Shown here: in pieces, positions 40,352 through 49,536 of the stretch
Layout of the letters: each line of letters starts with the position of its first letter
Position numbering within the stretch: position 1 is the first letter of the stretch
Source of the DNA: a virus
DNA: 64,000 nucleotides
Strand: one strand, 5' to 3'
Virus record (IMG/VR): IMGVR_UViG_3300027977_000008
Span: 32,001-96,000 of that record
Made by a program: the position numbers and the translations under genes
The notes under the pieces: model-generated
Seen by the model: only the letters and a program-made list of their open reading frames with translations
What the model was told of the DNA's origin: nothing
The model's database searches: none

Positions 40352-41045
40352 TTATTGTATTACATGTCTAAAAATTGGCGATAAGTTTGGTTCAGATTAT
40401 GTAAACAAACTTTATACTATGGTGCGTCACCAAACTGATGCACCATTTTTCTGTTTTACAGATAATGTTGATGGAATTATTGATGGTATTGATATAGTTT
40501 TTATTGACGTATCTGAATACTTAACATGGCAAAATTGGTGGGCAGCATGGTATAAACTATGTTTGTTTGTTGCTCCAGAACTAAGTGAATTTGATAGAAA
40601 AATATTCTTTGATCTTGATGTTATTATTCATGGAGATATAAGTTCTATTTTAAATTGCAATGATAAATTTTCATTAATTTATTCTAAGTGGAAAGGAGTT
40701 ATGCATAAAGCAAAATATCCTACCAAATCCATGTTCAATTCTAGTGTTATGATGTGGAAAAATAACACTTCAATTTATGAATATTGGATGAAAGATCCAA
40801 AAACATACGTTAAAAAGTATCATGGTACAGATGATTTTTATCACAATGAAAGAATAGAAAGAACTCATATACCAAGTATTTGTTATTCTTATCGAGATGG
40901 ATGTAAAACCAATCAGGAAAATAGTTTAGTATTACGAGAAGATCATGCTCTAGCAATACTTCATCAACAACCAAAAAATCATGAGTTGAATGTATCACAG
41001 CATCCTATTGTTGAATACTGGAATGGAAAGAAACCCCTTCTCTAA
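40341..41045 (+). CDS. GT-A fold glycosyltransferase-like protein
   Basis: K.G.K..YVNKL, CFTD, FFDLDV (DxD), NSSVM.W. Confidence 0.7.
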   Translation: MIDNYCITCLKIGDKFGSDYVNKLYTMVRHQTDAPFFCFTDNVDGIIDGIDIVFIDVSEYLTWQNWWAAWYKLCLFVAPELSEFDRKIFFDLDVIIHGDISSILNCNDKFSLIYSKWKGVMHKAKYPTKSMFNSSVMMWKNNTSIYEYWMKDPKTYVKKYHGTDDFYHNERIERTHIPSICYSYRDGCKTNQENSLVLREDHALAILHQQPKNHELNVSQHPIVEYWNGKKPLL

Positions 41046-41068
41046 ATATCTGGAGAAGGGGGATTTTT

Positions 41069-41881
41069 ATGGCAATCGACAGGGGAAAGCAATTTGAATA
41101 TGCTATTATGCTTGCAGCATATAATAGGATTATTAATCCTACCCTTGGCGAACAAAATGAAATTCGTAAATTATCATTTCAACCAATAGAAGGGGCAGTT
41201 CAATCAGCTGCTAATGTAATGATTGATAAAATTGAACCATATAATCCTCAACAATTTTATAAATCATTTAGACAACTTGGTGGTTCTAGTCCAGAACCAA
41301 AAACAGATGTCTTGTGTATAAAAAATGGAATGAAACTTAAGTGTTCATTAAAATGGGGTGATGCATATCAACTTTCTAGTTCTGGAATTCAAGGAACAGT
41401 AAATGTATTAAACAATGTTTTATTTAAAGTTGCAATAGCAGGAGGGATGGGTGCAGCAGAAGTAAAAAAAGTTGCTATGGTTCTTGATGAATTATCTCAA
41501 ACTTTAGGTGAAGGTCCAAAGAAACAACCTCAACCAGTAATTAAAGCAATTCTTGATCAAGCAAAAAGATCAGGTGGTTTAAATGAACGACTTCAAGGTA
41601 TTTTAGGTTCAAGAAAAAATCCTGAAGGAGATAAATTATTTTTAGTATTTAAACGAGAACTTGTAAGAGAATCCTTGACTGGTGAATCGCTTTTTGGAAA
41701 ATCTAATGATAAAACTGCAAACTATATTTTAAATGAACGGGAGTTAAAACCAATAGATGATAAATTGGTGAATGAAATTGCTGATAAAACTTATGTCGAT
41801 ATTAGATTAAAAGGTCGTGGAACAGATCCTTCAGGTGTTAGATTGAACGAAGCAGTTATTAGAATTGAACCAGTATCATGA
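41069..41881 (+). CDS. Hypothetical late protein, possible PD-(D/E)xK nuclease
   Basis: G..FE, EPKTDV, C-S-L-K motif spacing. Confidence 0.5.
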   Translation: MAIDRGKQFEYAIMLAAYNRIINPTLGEQNEIRKLSFQPIEGAVQSAANVMIDKIEPYNPQQFYKSFRQLGGSSPEPKTDVLCIKNGMKLKCSLKWGDAYQLSSSGIQGTVNVLNNVLFKVAIAGGMGAAEVKKVAMVLDELSQTLGEGPKKQPQPVIKAILDQAKRSGGLNERLQGILGSRKNPEGDKLFLVFKRELVRESLTGESLFGKSNDKTANYILNERELKPIDDKLVNEIADKTYVDIRLKGRGTDPSGVRLNEAVIRIEPVS

Positions 41882-42180
41882 ACCAACTTATAGATGAACT
41901 AATTACTTCATATAAATCTTTAAGAAGACGGAAGCAAATTATGAAGCGTGAAATTGAAGATTTTATGCGATTTTATTTAGCGTCTATTGAAAACTACAAA
42001 GAAAACAAAACTAAATATTTACAACATAAAACGCTAGGACTAGCGTTTATTGAGAAGAATAAAACTCAAATCTATCAAAAAATTAGTGAAGCAGTTCAAC
42101 CAATTCATTCTAGAAGCACGAAACACCCAAGCATCGCAGCAAGCAAAGCGTTTGGGGTTGGTAGGAAACGGGCACGGTGA
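41878..42180 (+). CDS. Hypothetical basic protein
   Basis: ORF coupled to the upstream gene; 3' end overlaps the next ORF. Confidence 0.45.
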   Translation: MNQLIDELITSYKSLRRRKQIMKREIEDFMRFYLASIENYKENKTKYLQHKTLGLAFIEKNKTQIYQKISEAVQPIHSRSTKHPSIAASKAFGVGRKRAR

Positions 42181-42976
42181 TTGGTACGATAAACAAGGAG
42201 CGTTAAAAGCTAAAACTGTAAGGGGTCAACTTAAGATGCTCACCCCAAGACAGGGTGATGATAAAGATGGAGAAAAATCTTCCCAATCGGCAGCAAATTC
42301 TGGAAGTGGCAAAGCGAATAAAACGAATGGATCTGAAACTTCTACAACTTCTACAACTACTGCACGAACAGCAGACTATGAAAAACTGCAGAAAGTAGTT
42401 CAAAATCAACAAGATAGACAAGAATTTGATGCAATGGCACGTAAGGAGCCATTAACAATTGCTTTTGATAAGTTTGACAGTGATGAAGTTACTAATAATA
42501 TCTTAGCAGCTGTAGAAGAAACTGCTCAAGGTTCTCCTTATTATATCTTCCCAAGTAGAGATGCAGATATCGCCAAACTAAAAGAAACTTTTGGTGATAT
42601 TATTATTGACGATGTTAATGCAGAAACAATTTATGATGTCCTACAGTCCATTTATGAAAGTGGATACAATGCAATCAATATTATAGTACGAAAAAGTAGA
42701 GCACAAGAGATTGCCAAACTTGCATTAGAGCAGAATGGGGAATTATATCGTTATGTGATGATGAATATTATTCCTGTAGATGAAAGATCTATTAGAGAAC
42801 AATATATTGCTGGTGATATTTTTAGAGAAGGTAAACTTGTAGAAACTAAAAAATCTTCTGGTGTTATTATAAGGCGTGGAGCAAATCATATCATTTGTCT
42901 TGATGAGAATAATAATACTTTTAGATCTTGGATTACTGAAGTAAAACTTGATTACGATACTTACTTGTTACAATAA
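42086..42976 (+). CDS. Degenerate cytidyltransferase-like late protein with capsid-targeting-like N-terminus
   Basis: GTG start MKQFNQFILEA; GL..GHG.W; RE.Y..G.IF and RRGANH motifs; HxGH motif absent; CTAAATA at 42011. Confidence 0.6.
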   Translation: MKQFNQFILEARNTQASQQAKRLGLVGNGHGDWYDKQGALKAKTVRGQLKMLTPRQGDDKDGEKSSQSAANSGSGKANKTNGSETSTTSTTTARTADYEKLQKVVQNQQDRQEFDAMARKEPLTIAFDKFDSDEVTNNILAAVEETAQGSPYYIFPSRDADIAKLKETFGDIIIDDVNAETIYDVLQSIYESGYNAINIIVRKSRAQEIAKLALEQNGELYRYVMMNIIPVDERSIREQYIAGDIFREGKLVETKKSSGVIIRRGANHIICLDENNNTFRSWITEVKLDYDTYLLQ

Positions 42977-43005
42977 ATAAATACAGAAAAGTATAAATTT
43001 ATCCA

Positions 43006-43890
43006 ATGAACATTTGGGAGCAGTCTTTTGAAGATCTTCGTCGTCCTCATCTTGAGGAAAAGAAAGGCGACGGAAATCTAGCAAACAATTATCCTCCTTA
43101 TGGTAAAGTTACTAGAGGAGATGTAATTGCTGGTGCAACTGGTAAGGACCAGATGGGTGGAAAAAAACTTGTTACTGCAAAACGTTACAAAGAAATGAAA
43201 AAGGAACACTCCAGTTGGAGATCCGATTTTAAAATTCTTGATGAAGAAGGATGTGAATCTGATAATTCTATAAAACCTAAAAGAGGTATTAAAAATAAAA
43301 TCACGATTAATCCAGAGTTAAAGACTGAGCAAATTACAACTGGTCCAGTAATGAAACCTGGATCTGGATTGGGTGGTGGTAAATTAGTATATCCAAAAGG
43401 TCAAGAACCAAAAACGACTGGAGCAAAACTGCCAACTCTTCAGCAAGCACATTATGAACCAGAAGGTGGAGAGATTTCTGAAAGAGAAATGACTTCTAGT
43501 GATATGCAGAAGGAAAAAAATCTAAAAAAAAGGTATGATCCTTCTGGCATGAAATCTTCTATGAAGAAGCAATATGGCACTGAGAAGGGTAAGGAAGTTT
43601 ACTTTGCTACAATTCGTAAAAAAGCGAAAGAAGCAAATACCAATATAACCAACGAAGGCGCTTTGGGTTGGGCAGCTCTTGCCGCCGGAGCTTCTGCATT
43701 ACCATATCTTGCCAAAAAGTTCATTGGACCAACAATCAATAAGGCGCTTGATAATGCATCAAGTCCAACTGGTGCTGCACAAAGGGCAGTAACAGATATC
43801 AATAAAAAAAATCAAAGTACCGTAGATGCTGTAAATCAAGTAATGCCTGGTAGTGCTTCTATTACATATCCTGGTCGGAAAAAAATCTAA
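43006..43890 (+). CDS. Modular Lys-rich late protein, putative head-internal polyprotein
   Basis: ATAAATA upstream; modules separated by LEE/LDEE/ISE/TNE. Confidence 0.55.
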   Translation: MNIWEQSFEDLRRPHLEEKKGDGNLANNYPPYGKVTRGDVIAGATGKDQMGGKKLVTAKRYKEMKKEHSSWRSDFKILDEEGCESDNSIKPKRGIKNKITINPELKTEQITTGPVMKPGSGLGGGKLVYPKGQEPKTTGAKLPTLQQAHYEPEGGEISEREMTSSDMQKEKNLKKRYDPSGMKSSMKKQYGTEKGKEVYFATIRKKAKEANTNITNEGALGWAALAAGASALPYLAKKFIGPTINKALDNASSPTGAAQRAVTDINKKNQSTVDAVNQVMPGSASITYPGRKKI

Positions 43891-43962
43891 AAAATGATCC
43901 CAGGTATGGATCTGTAAAAGATAAATAATTTAGAATTATATTTCAAACTATAAGAGGGTATC

Positions 43963-44136
43963 ATGAACGTAATAGTTGCAGTGGTAAAACCACTACTAAT
44001 CACAATCGCAACACATCCTGCTGTAAAGCAGTTGGTTGTTGATCTTCTAACCAAGTATGTAAGAACAACCGACAACTCGATTGACGATTTTGTTCTTACA
44101 TTAGTTAAAGAGAAACTATTCTCACCACAAGCATGA
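43963..44136 (+). CDS. Small conserved hypothetical protein (57 aa, below the ORF-track cutoff)
   Basis: MNVIVAVVKPLL...VKQLVVDLL.KYV.TTDNSIDD; AGAGGG SD; ATAAATA at 43921. Confidence 0.7.
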   Translation: MNVIVAVVKPLLITIATHPAVKQLVVDLLTKYVRTTDNSIDDFVLTLVKEKLFSPQA

Positions 44137-44288
44137 TTACTTGCCTAGTTACAAACTGGGGATTTACGATCATATTTGGTCTATTGTTGTCATTTTCTGA
44201 ATGGTTAGCAAAAACAAAGCGGTTTAAAGAAAATGGAATAATAGATTTTATTTCACATTACTTAAAAATTATATTAAAAAGTAAATAA
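44133..44288 (+). CDS. Small membrane protein (51 aa)
   Basis: MITCLVTNWGFTIIFGLLLSFSEWLAK..ENG; ATGA overlap with the previous ORF. Confidence 0.6.
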   Translation: MITCLVTNWGFTIIFGLLLSFSEWLAKTKRFKENGIIDFISHYLKIILKSK

Positions 44289-44330
44289 ATAAACAAACCA
44301 ACTTTGCCACAACTTCGGTTGTGGTATTTT

Positions 44331-44338
44331 TATAAATA
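44331..44338 (+). promoter_or_regulatory. T4-type late promoter
   Basis: TATAAATA just after a GCCACAAC-TTCG-GTTGTGGT hairpin terminator. Confidence 0.75.
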
Positions 44339-44369
44339 TTTCAAGCAAAACCGATAGGGAAAACAGAAG

Positions 44370-45218
44370 ATGGCAATTTGGGGAATTTCAACTCAAGGTG
44401 AATATGCTGCTAATTATTATAATGTTCCTAAGCATCTAATTGATGTGGATAGAAATAGAACACCTCATAATTGTTTTGCAGATGAAAGAGGATGGGTATA
44501 TAGACATTATGGTGATAAAATATATTCTGGACTTTCTACTTCATATTATGATGAAGTTTTAGTTCATGTTTCGGGACTTTGCACTACAAGAAATCCAAAC
44601 GGAAGCAGAATTACTGGACTAGGTGCTGCTACACCGGTTGCTGTCTTCTTTGAAGATCCAAACGTTGCATCACCAATCAGCATCGGTGCTGGTGGCACTG
44701 ATAGAATTGTTAGAGCTGGTGGAGCATCAACTACAGGAATTAGTACTGGATTTGTCCATGTTGTTTGGAATGAACCAGTATTCTGTTCTGCTGGTGCTAC
44801 TGTAAACATTAGAGCAACAACTGGTGCAGGAACTTCGTTTGCTGTTGGTACTGCTGTATCGATGACACCAAACGTTGAAATTCCAGTTTATTTCGGAACT
44901 CGTACATCAGGTTCTGATACTGGTTATGGTTATACCATGATGAAGAACTTCAATGGTCAAATTGGTAATATAATTGCTTTCAGATTTACAACCAATCTAG
45001 GTATTGGAACTATTTTAAACATCCATGTTGCAGGTAACGTGGTAGGAACAATCACAGACTTCCAAAACACAACTGCAGAAAAAACTTTCACTTCTAACAT
45101 GATTAGAAATGTTGGCGGTGCAGGAACATTCTTTGGCGGTGGTATTGCTGGAGTTAGCACATATCCTAATGCTGTAAGAGGCGTAGGCATCGGAACAACC
45201 ACACTAACACTTAAATAA
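44370..45218 (+). CDS. Virion structural protein
   Basis: MAIWG start, GWV motif, G/T-rich; late promoter. Confidence 0.65.
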   Translation: MAIWGISTQGEYAANYYNVPKHLIDVDRNRTPHNCFADERGWVYRHYGDKIYSGLSTSYYDEVLVHVSGLCTTRNPNGSRITGLGAATPVAVFFEDPNVASPISIGAGGTDRIVRAGGASTTGISTGFVHVVWNEPVFCSAGATVNIRATTGAGTSFAVGTAVSMTPNVEIPVYFGTRTSGSDTGYGYTMMKNFNGQIGNIIAFRFTTNLGIGTILNIHVAGNVVGTITDFQNTTAEKTFTSNMIRNVGGAGTFFGGGIAGVSTYPNAVRGVGIGTTTLTLK

Positions 45219-45224
45219 TTTTAG

Positions 45225-45596
45225 ATGATATTTGATGAATTGAATGAAGATAACCATCTTCTATTCGCCATAAAGCATTATGAAAACCCTCATACTTCCA
45301 CTATGGAAGAGTTTGAAGAGGATTTGAAACGCTTCAAATATATCAAGAGATTGCTAAAGAAATATCTTGAGCAGAATGAACTGAGGCACCATTTGATTTT
45401 AAACCACTTGATAATTTGCTTCAATGTTTTTGGTGAAGCAACGGTTCCTCTTTTGTTTTTTAAAATTGAAAAGGAATACTGGTCTATTATAAAAACATTT
45501 TTAATTTTTTTAAATAAAATCCCAGATTACCCTAAATCAGGATTAGATGATATTTTAATTCATGATGAATGTCACAGAATACTTAGTTCAATCTAA
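45225..45596 (+). CDS. Conserved T4-like hypothetical protein
   Basis: FAIKHY.NP, EF.EDLKRFKY, LILNH.I...NVFG. Confidence 0.75.
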   Translation: MIFDELNEDNHLLFAIKHYENPHTSTMEEFEEDLKRFKYIKRLLKKYLEQNELRHHLILNHLIICFNVFGEATVPLLFFKIEKEYWSIIKTFLIFLNKIPDYPKSGLDDILIHDECHRILSSI

Positions 45597-45826
45597 TGGA
45601 TTTTTCTAAATTGAACCGTATCATAAATATTATTAGAGAAGATATTATGTCTACCGATCCTGGTGGCACTAGCAAACCAGGATTTAGTTCATCTGCGGAA
45701 AAACCTGTTGCAGGTTTCGATCCTGTTATGGATTTGCGACGTAAGTATGGTAAAAAATTGAATCTTTTTTATCGCAAACGTCTAGGAGAACTAAGAGATG
45801 TTAACAAACAACGACACAAAAACTAG
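45596..45826 (+). CDS. Small late protein carrying a copy of the gp23 N-arm motif
   Basis: STDPGGTSKPGFSSSAEKPVAGFDPVM aligns without gaps to gp23. Confidence 0.7.
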   Translation: MDFSKLNRIINIIREDIMSTDPGGTSKPGFSSSAEKPVAGFDPVMDLRRKYGKKLNLFYRKRLGELRDVNKQRHKN

Positions 45827-46238
45827 AATAGCTGTCTTGGAACAAAAAAGTATAACCCAAGAAAGATTGATTGAAAAAGTTGAAGATGCCATCCAAGTAA
45901 TGAAGGATGTTGTTGAAAACGTTTCAAAAATGCTTGCCGTTCATGATGAAAGAATAGAGCAGGCATCAAAGAGTGATAGTATTATTATTTCTATGCTAAA
46001 AGAAATGAAGCATGATCTTGACGCAGAAGATATTGATCTAAGTGCTAGAATTGATGAGATTAGTATAAAGGTTGAAGAGATCAAAAAAATTAAATGGATG
46101 ACCATTGGTATCGGAGTTTTTGGTGCTGTATTGGTTGGAGCAATTTCAACTGTTGCTTCTGGGTGGTTGACACCAGGCGAATTGGAGTATAGAATGGAAC
46201 CTAGGTATGTTCCAAATCCTGAAAACATTAAAAAATGA
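45798..46238 (+). CDS. Coiled-coil protein with C-terminal transmembrane helix
   Basis: MLAVHDERI; hydrophobic WMTIGIGVFGAVLVGAI. Confidence 0.65.
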   Translation: MLTNNDTKTRIAVLEQKSITQERLIEKVEDAIQVMKDVVENVSKMLAVHDERIEQASKSDSIIISMLKEMKHDLDAEDIDLSARIDEISIKVEEIKKIKWMTIGIGVFGAVLVGAISTVASGWLTPGELEYRMEPRYVPNPENIKK

Positions 46239-47254
46239 GTTATGTTGATGTCAAGTACATCTGTTTGATTTCTTCAAGATTACAAAAATTTACTAAGAAA
46301 AAGGAAAATTTATACAACTTTAGATGTCCTTATTGTGGAGATTCTCAAAGGAATACAAATAAGACAAGGGGGTATTTCTATCAGTGTAAATCGGATTACA
46401 ACTTTAAGTGTCATAATTGTGGAGTTTCAAAATCTTTTACATATTTTCTAAAAGATATTGATCAGTCTTTATACGACCAATATCTTTTAGAAAGATATAA
46501 AGAAGGATTAACTGGCAGATCCACTAACACACCAGAACCAAAGTTTGAGTTTAAACAACCAGTCTTTATAAAGAAGACAAAAGTAAATCTACCACAAGCA
46601 TCCGAAAATCCAAGATCAAGTGATTACCTAAAAAAAAGAAAAATCAATCCTACAAAATTTTTCTACGCAGAAAAATTTAAAGAGTTTACAAATAAACTCA
46701 AACACACATTTAATGATATTCGTAATGATCATGCGAGAATTATCATTCCCCTTTATAATGAAGAAAAGCAACTTATAGGTTTTCAGGGTAGAAGTCTTGA
46801 TCCTTGGGCACAACCCAAATATCTTACTGTTATGCTTGATGAAGATGCTCCCAAAGCTTATGGACTTGATACTGTAAATAAAGATGAGACAGTTTATATT
46901 ACGGAAGGTCCATTTGACAGCACGTTTATCGAAAATTCAATTGCAATGTGTGGAGCTGATGCTAATCCTGTATTGTGGGGTATCAGTGATTGTGTTTACA
47001 TATATGATAACGAACCACGCAATACAGAAATTGTATCAAGAATTTCCCACACTATTGAAACTGGACAAAAGATTGTTATTTGGCCATCATCAATAAGTGA
47101 AAAGGACATAAACGATATGGTTCTGTCTGGACATAATATTCAAGACGTGGTAAAATTAAATACTTACTCAGGTCTAGAAGCAAAACTAAAATTCACTAAC
47201 TGGAAGAAGAATGAGCAACGGAATAACAGTCAAAAAACGAGACGGTTCTATTGA
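46235..47254 (+). CDS. gp61: DNA primase gp61
   Basis: FRCPYCGDS, CHNCG, TEGPFDS, DNEPRN. Confidence 0.95.
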   Translation: MSYVDVKYICLISSRLQKFTKKKENLYNFRCPYCGDSQRNTNKTRGYFYQCKSDYNFKCHNCGVSKSFTYFLKDIDQSLYDQYLLERYKEGLTGRSTNTPEPKFEFKQPVFIKKTKVNLPQASENPRSSDYLKKRKINPTKFFYAEKFKEFTNKLKHTFNDIRNDHARIIIPLYNEEKQLIGFQGRSLDPWAQPKYLTVMLDEDAPKAYGLDTVNKDETVYITEGPFDSTFIENSIAMCGADANPVLWGISDCVYIYDNEPRNTEIVSRISHTIETGQKIVIWPSSISEKDINDMVLSGHNIQDVVKLNTYSGLEAKLKFTNWKKNEQRNNSQKTRRFY

Positions 47255-49502
47255 AGGTCTGAACCTCGATAAACTACATGTGATGGTAGAAGAAGCCTGC
47301 AAAGACATTGCAGGTGTTTCTGCATCGCAAGTAGAAATTAATTCCGGTATTCAGTTCTACGATGGCATTACTACGGGAGAAGTTCAAGAAATCTTGATTC
47401 GTAGTGCTTCAGATTTGATTGATTTGGAAACTCCAAACTATCAATTTGTAGCAGCAAGATTGCTTCTATTTGCGATTAGAAAGCAGTTTTGTGGAAGAAT
47501 AAAGGAAATTATTTCTTTAAAAGATCATATCCACAAATGTGTTGCTTCTGGCGTATATGATAAAGAAATTCTTTCTAAATATACCAAAGCAGAAATAGAT
47601 AAGATTGATACTTTTATCAATCATGATCGTGATTATTTGTTTACATATGCTGGACTACGACAGGTTGTTGATAAGTATCTTGTACAGGATAGAAATTCTG
47701 GTAAGATTTTTGAACTACCACAGTTCATGTATATGTTAATTTCAATGACGATCTTTGCAGAATATCCTTATGAAACAAGATTGTCATATGTCAAACGATA
47801 CTACGACGCAATCAGCAAACACAGAATCAACATTCCTACCCCCATTATGGCAGGAGTTAGGACGCCACTTAGACAATTCGCTAGCTGTGTTCTTATTGAT
47901 GTTGATGACACCCTCAATAGCATCTTTAGCAGTGATATGGCTATTGGGAGATATGTTTCTCAAAGAGCGGGTATCGGTATCAACGCAGGTCGCATCCGTG
48001 GCATCAACAGTAAGATCCGAGGCGGAGAAGTTCAGCATACTGGCGTTGTTCCGTTTCTCAAAAAGTTTGAGTCAACTGTGCGATGCTGTACGCAAAACGG
48101 CATACGAGGCGGAAGCGCGACAGTCCACTTCCCAATTTGGCACCAAGAAATCCAAGACATCTTAGTATTAAAAAATAACAAGGGAACTGAAGACAATCGT
48201 GTCCGTAAACTAGATTATAGTATTCAACTTAGTAAACTTTTTTATGAAAGATTTATTCAAGATGGTGAGATCACGCTTTTCTCCCCACACAATGTTCCTG
48301 GTTTGTATGATGCTTTCGGAACAGACAAGTTTGACGAGTTATATGTCCAATACGAGAACAATTCGTATATTCCGTCGAAAACTGTTAAGGCACAGGAACT
48401 CATTCTTAGTCTCCTGAAAGAACGTGCTGAGACAGGTCGTATCTATATCATGAATATTGATCATTGCAATTCACATTCTTCTTTTAAGGATAAAATTGAG
48501 ATGAGTAATTTGTGTCAAGAAATTACTCTTCCTACTAAACCACTTCAACACATTGATGGTGAAGGTGAAATTGCACTTTGTATTCTTTCTGCAATTAATG
48601 TTGGTAAAATAAAATCCGATGAAGAGTTAGAAAATCTTTGTGACTTGTCTGTACGTGCTCTTGAAGAATTAATTGATTATCAACAGTATCCAATTATTGC
48701 TGCTGAAAAAGGAACCAAAGCACGTAGATCTCTTGGTATTGGATTTATTGGTCTAGCACATTATTTGGCTAAACTTGGATACAAGTATGACAGTCAAGAA
48801 GCATGGAATGCTATTCATGGACTTTCCGAAAGTTTCCAATACTTTTTATTGAAATCTTCTAATCAATTATCAAAAGAAAAGGGTCCATGTTCGCTATTCA
48901 CAAATACCAAATATGCTGATGGAATGTTACCAATTGATACATATAAAAAAAATGTAGATGAAATTGCTTGTATTCCTTACAACCATGATTGGGAATCTCT
49001 TAGGGCATCTATTTTGGAACACGGTCTCCGGCACTCAACATTGTCGGCACAAATGCCTTCGGAGAGCAGTTCCGTTGTGTCAAATGCAACAAATGGAATT
49101 GAACCACCTAGAGGATTCTTGTCCATTAAGAAATCCAAGAAAGGTCCACTTAAGCAAATTGTTCCACAGTATCAAACTCTTAAAAACAACTATACGCTTC
49201 TTTGGGATATGCCTAGCAATCGTGGTTATATCAATACTGTTGCTGTTATGCAAAAATTCTTTGATCAGGCAATCTCGGGTAACTGGTCATATAATCCAGA
49301 GCATTATGCCGATAATGAAGTACCTGTGTCGGTAATGGCACAAGATTTTCTGACTACATACAAATATGGTTGGAAAACTAGTTACTATCAAAATACTTAT
49401 GATAGTAAAGGTGATGAAATGGATAATAAATCTGATATCAATTCACTAATATTTGAACTTTTAAATGAAAATGAAGAAGACTGCGAAACGTGTAAAATCT
49501 AA
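47211..49502 (+). CDS. nrdA: Ribonucleotide reductase class Ia alpha subunit
   Basis: ATP cone, PTPIMAG, SNLCQEI, PSESSS, C-terminal CETCKI. Confidence 0.97.
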   Translation: MSNGITVKKRDGSIEGLNLDKLHVMVEEACKDIAGVSASQVEINSGIQFYDGITTGEVQEILIRSASDLIDLETPNYQFVAARLLLFAIRKQFCGRIKEIISLKDHIHKCVASGVYDKEILSKYTKAEIDKIDTFINHDRDYLFTYAGLRQVVDKYLVQDRNSGKIFELPQFMYMLISMTIFAEYPYETRLSYVKRYYDAISKHRINIPTPIMAGVRTPLRQFASCVLIDVDDTLNSIFSSDMAIGRYVSQRAGIGINAGRIRGINSKIRGGEVQHTGVVPFLKKFESTVRCCTQNGIRGGSATVHFPIWHQEIQDILVLKNNKGTEDNRVRKLDYSIQLSKLFYERFIQDGEITLFSPHNVPGLYDAFGTDKFDELYVQYENNSYIPSKTVKAQELILSLLKERAETGRIYIMNIDHCNSHSSFKDKIEMSNLCQEITLPTKPLQHIDGEGEIALCILSAINVGKIKSDEELENLCDLSVRALEELIDYQQYPIIAAEKGTKARRSLGIGFIGLAHYLAKLGYKYDSQEAWNAIHGLSESFQYFLLKSSNQLSKEKGPCSLFTNTKYADGMLPIDTYKKNVDEIACIPYNHDWESLRASILEHGLRHSTLSAQMPSESSSVVSNATNGIEPPRGFLSIKKSKKGPLKQIVPQYQTLKNNYTLLWDMPSNRGYINTVAVMQKFFDQAISGNWSYNPEHYADNEVPVSVMAQDFLTTYKYGWKTSYYQNTYDSKGDEMDNKSDINSLIFELLNENEEDCETCKI

Positions 49503-49536
49503 TAACTTTAGAATTAACCCACCGCAAACGAAAAAA

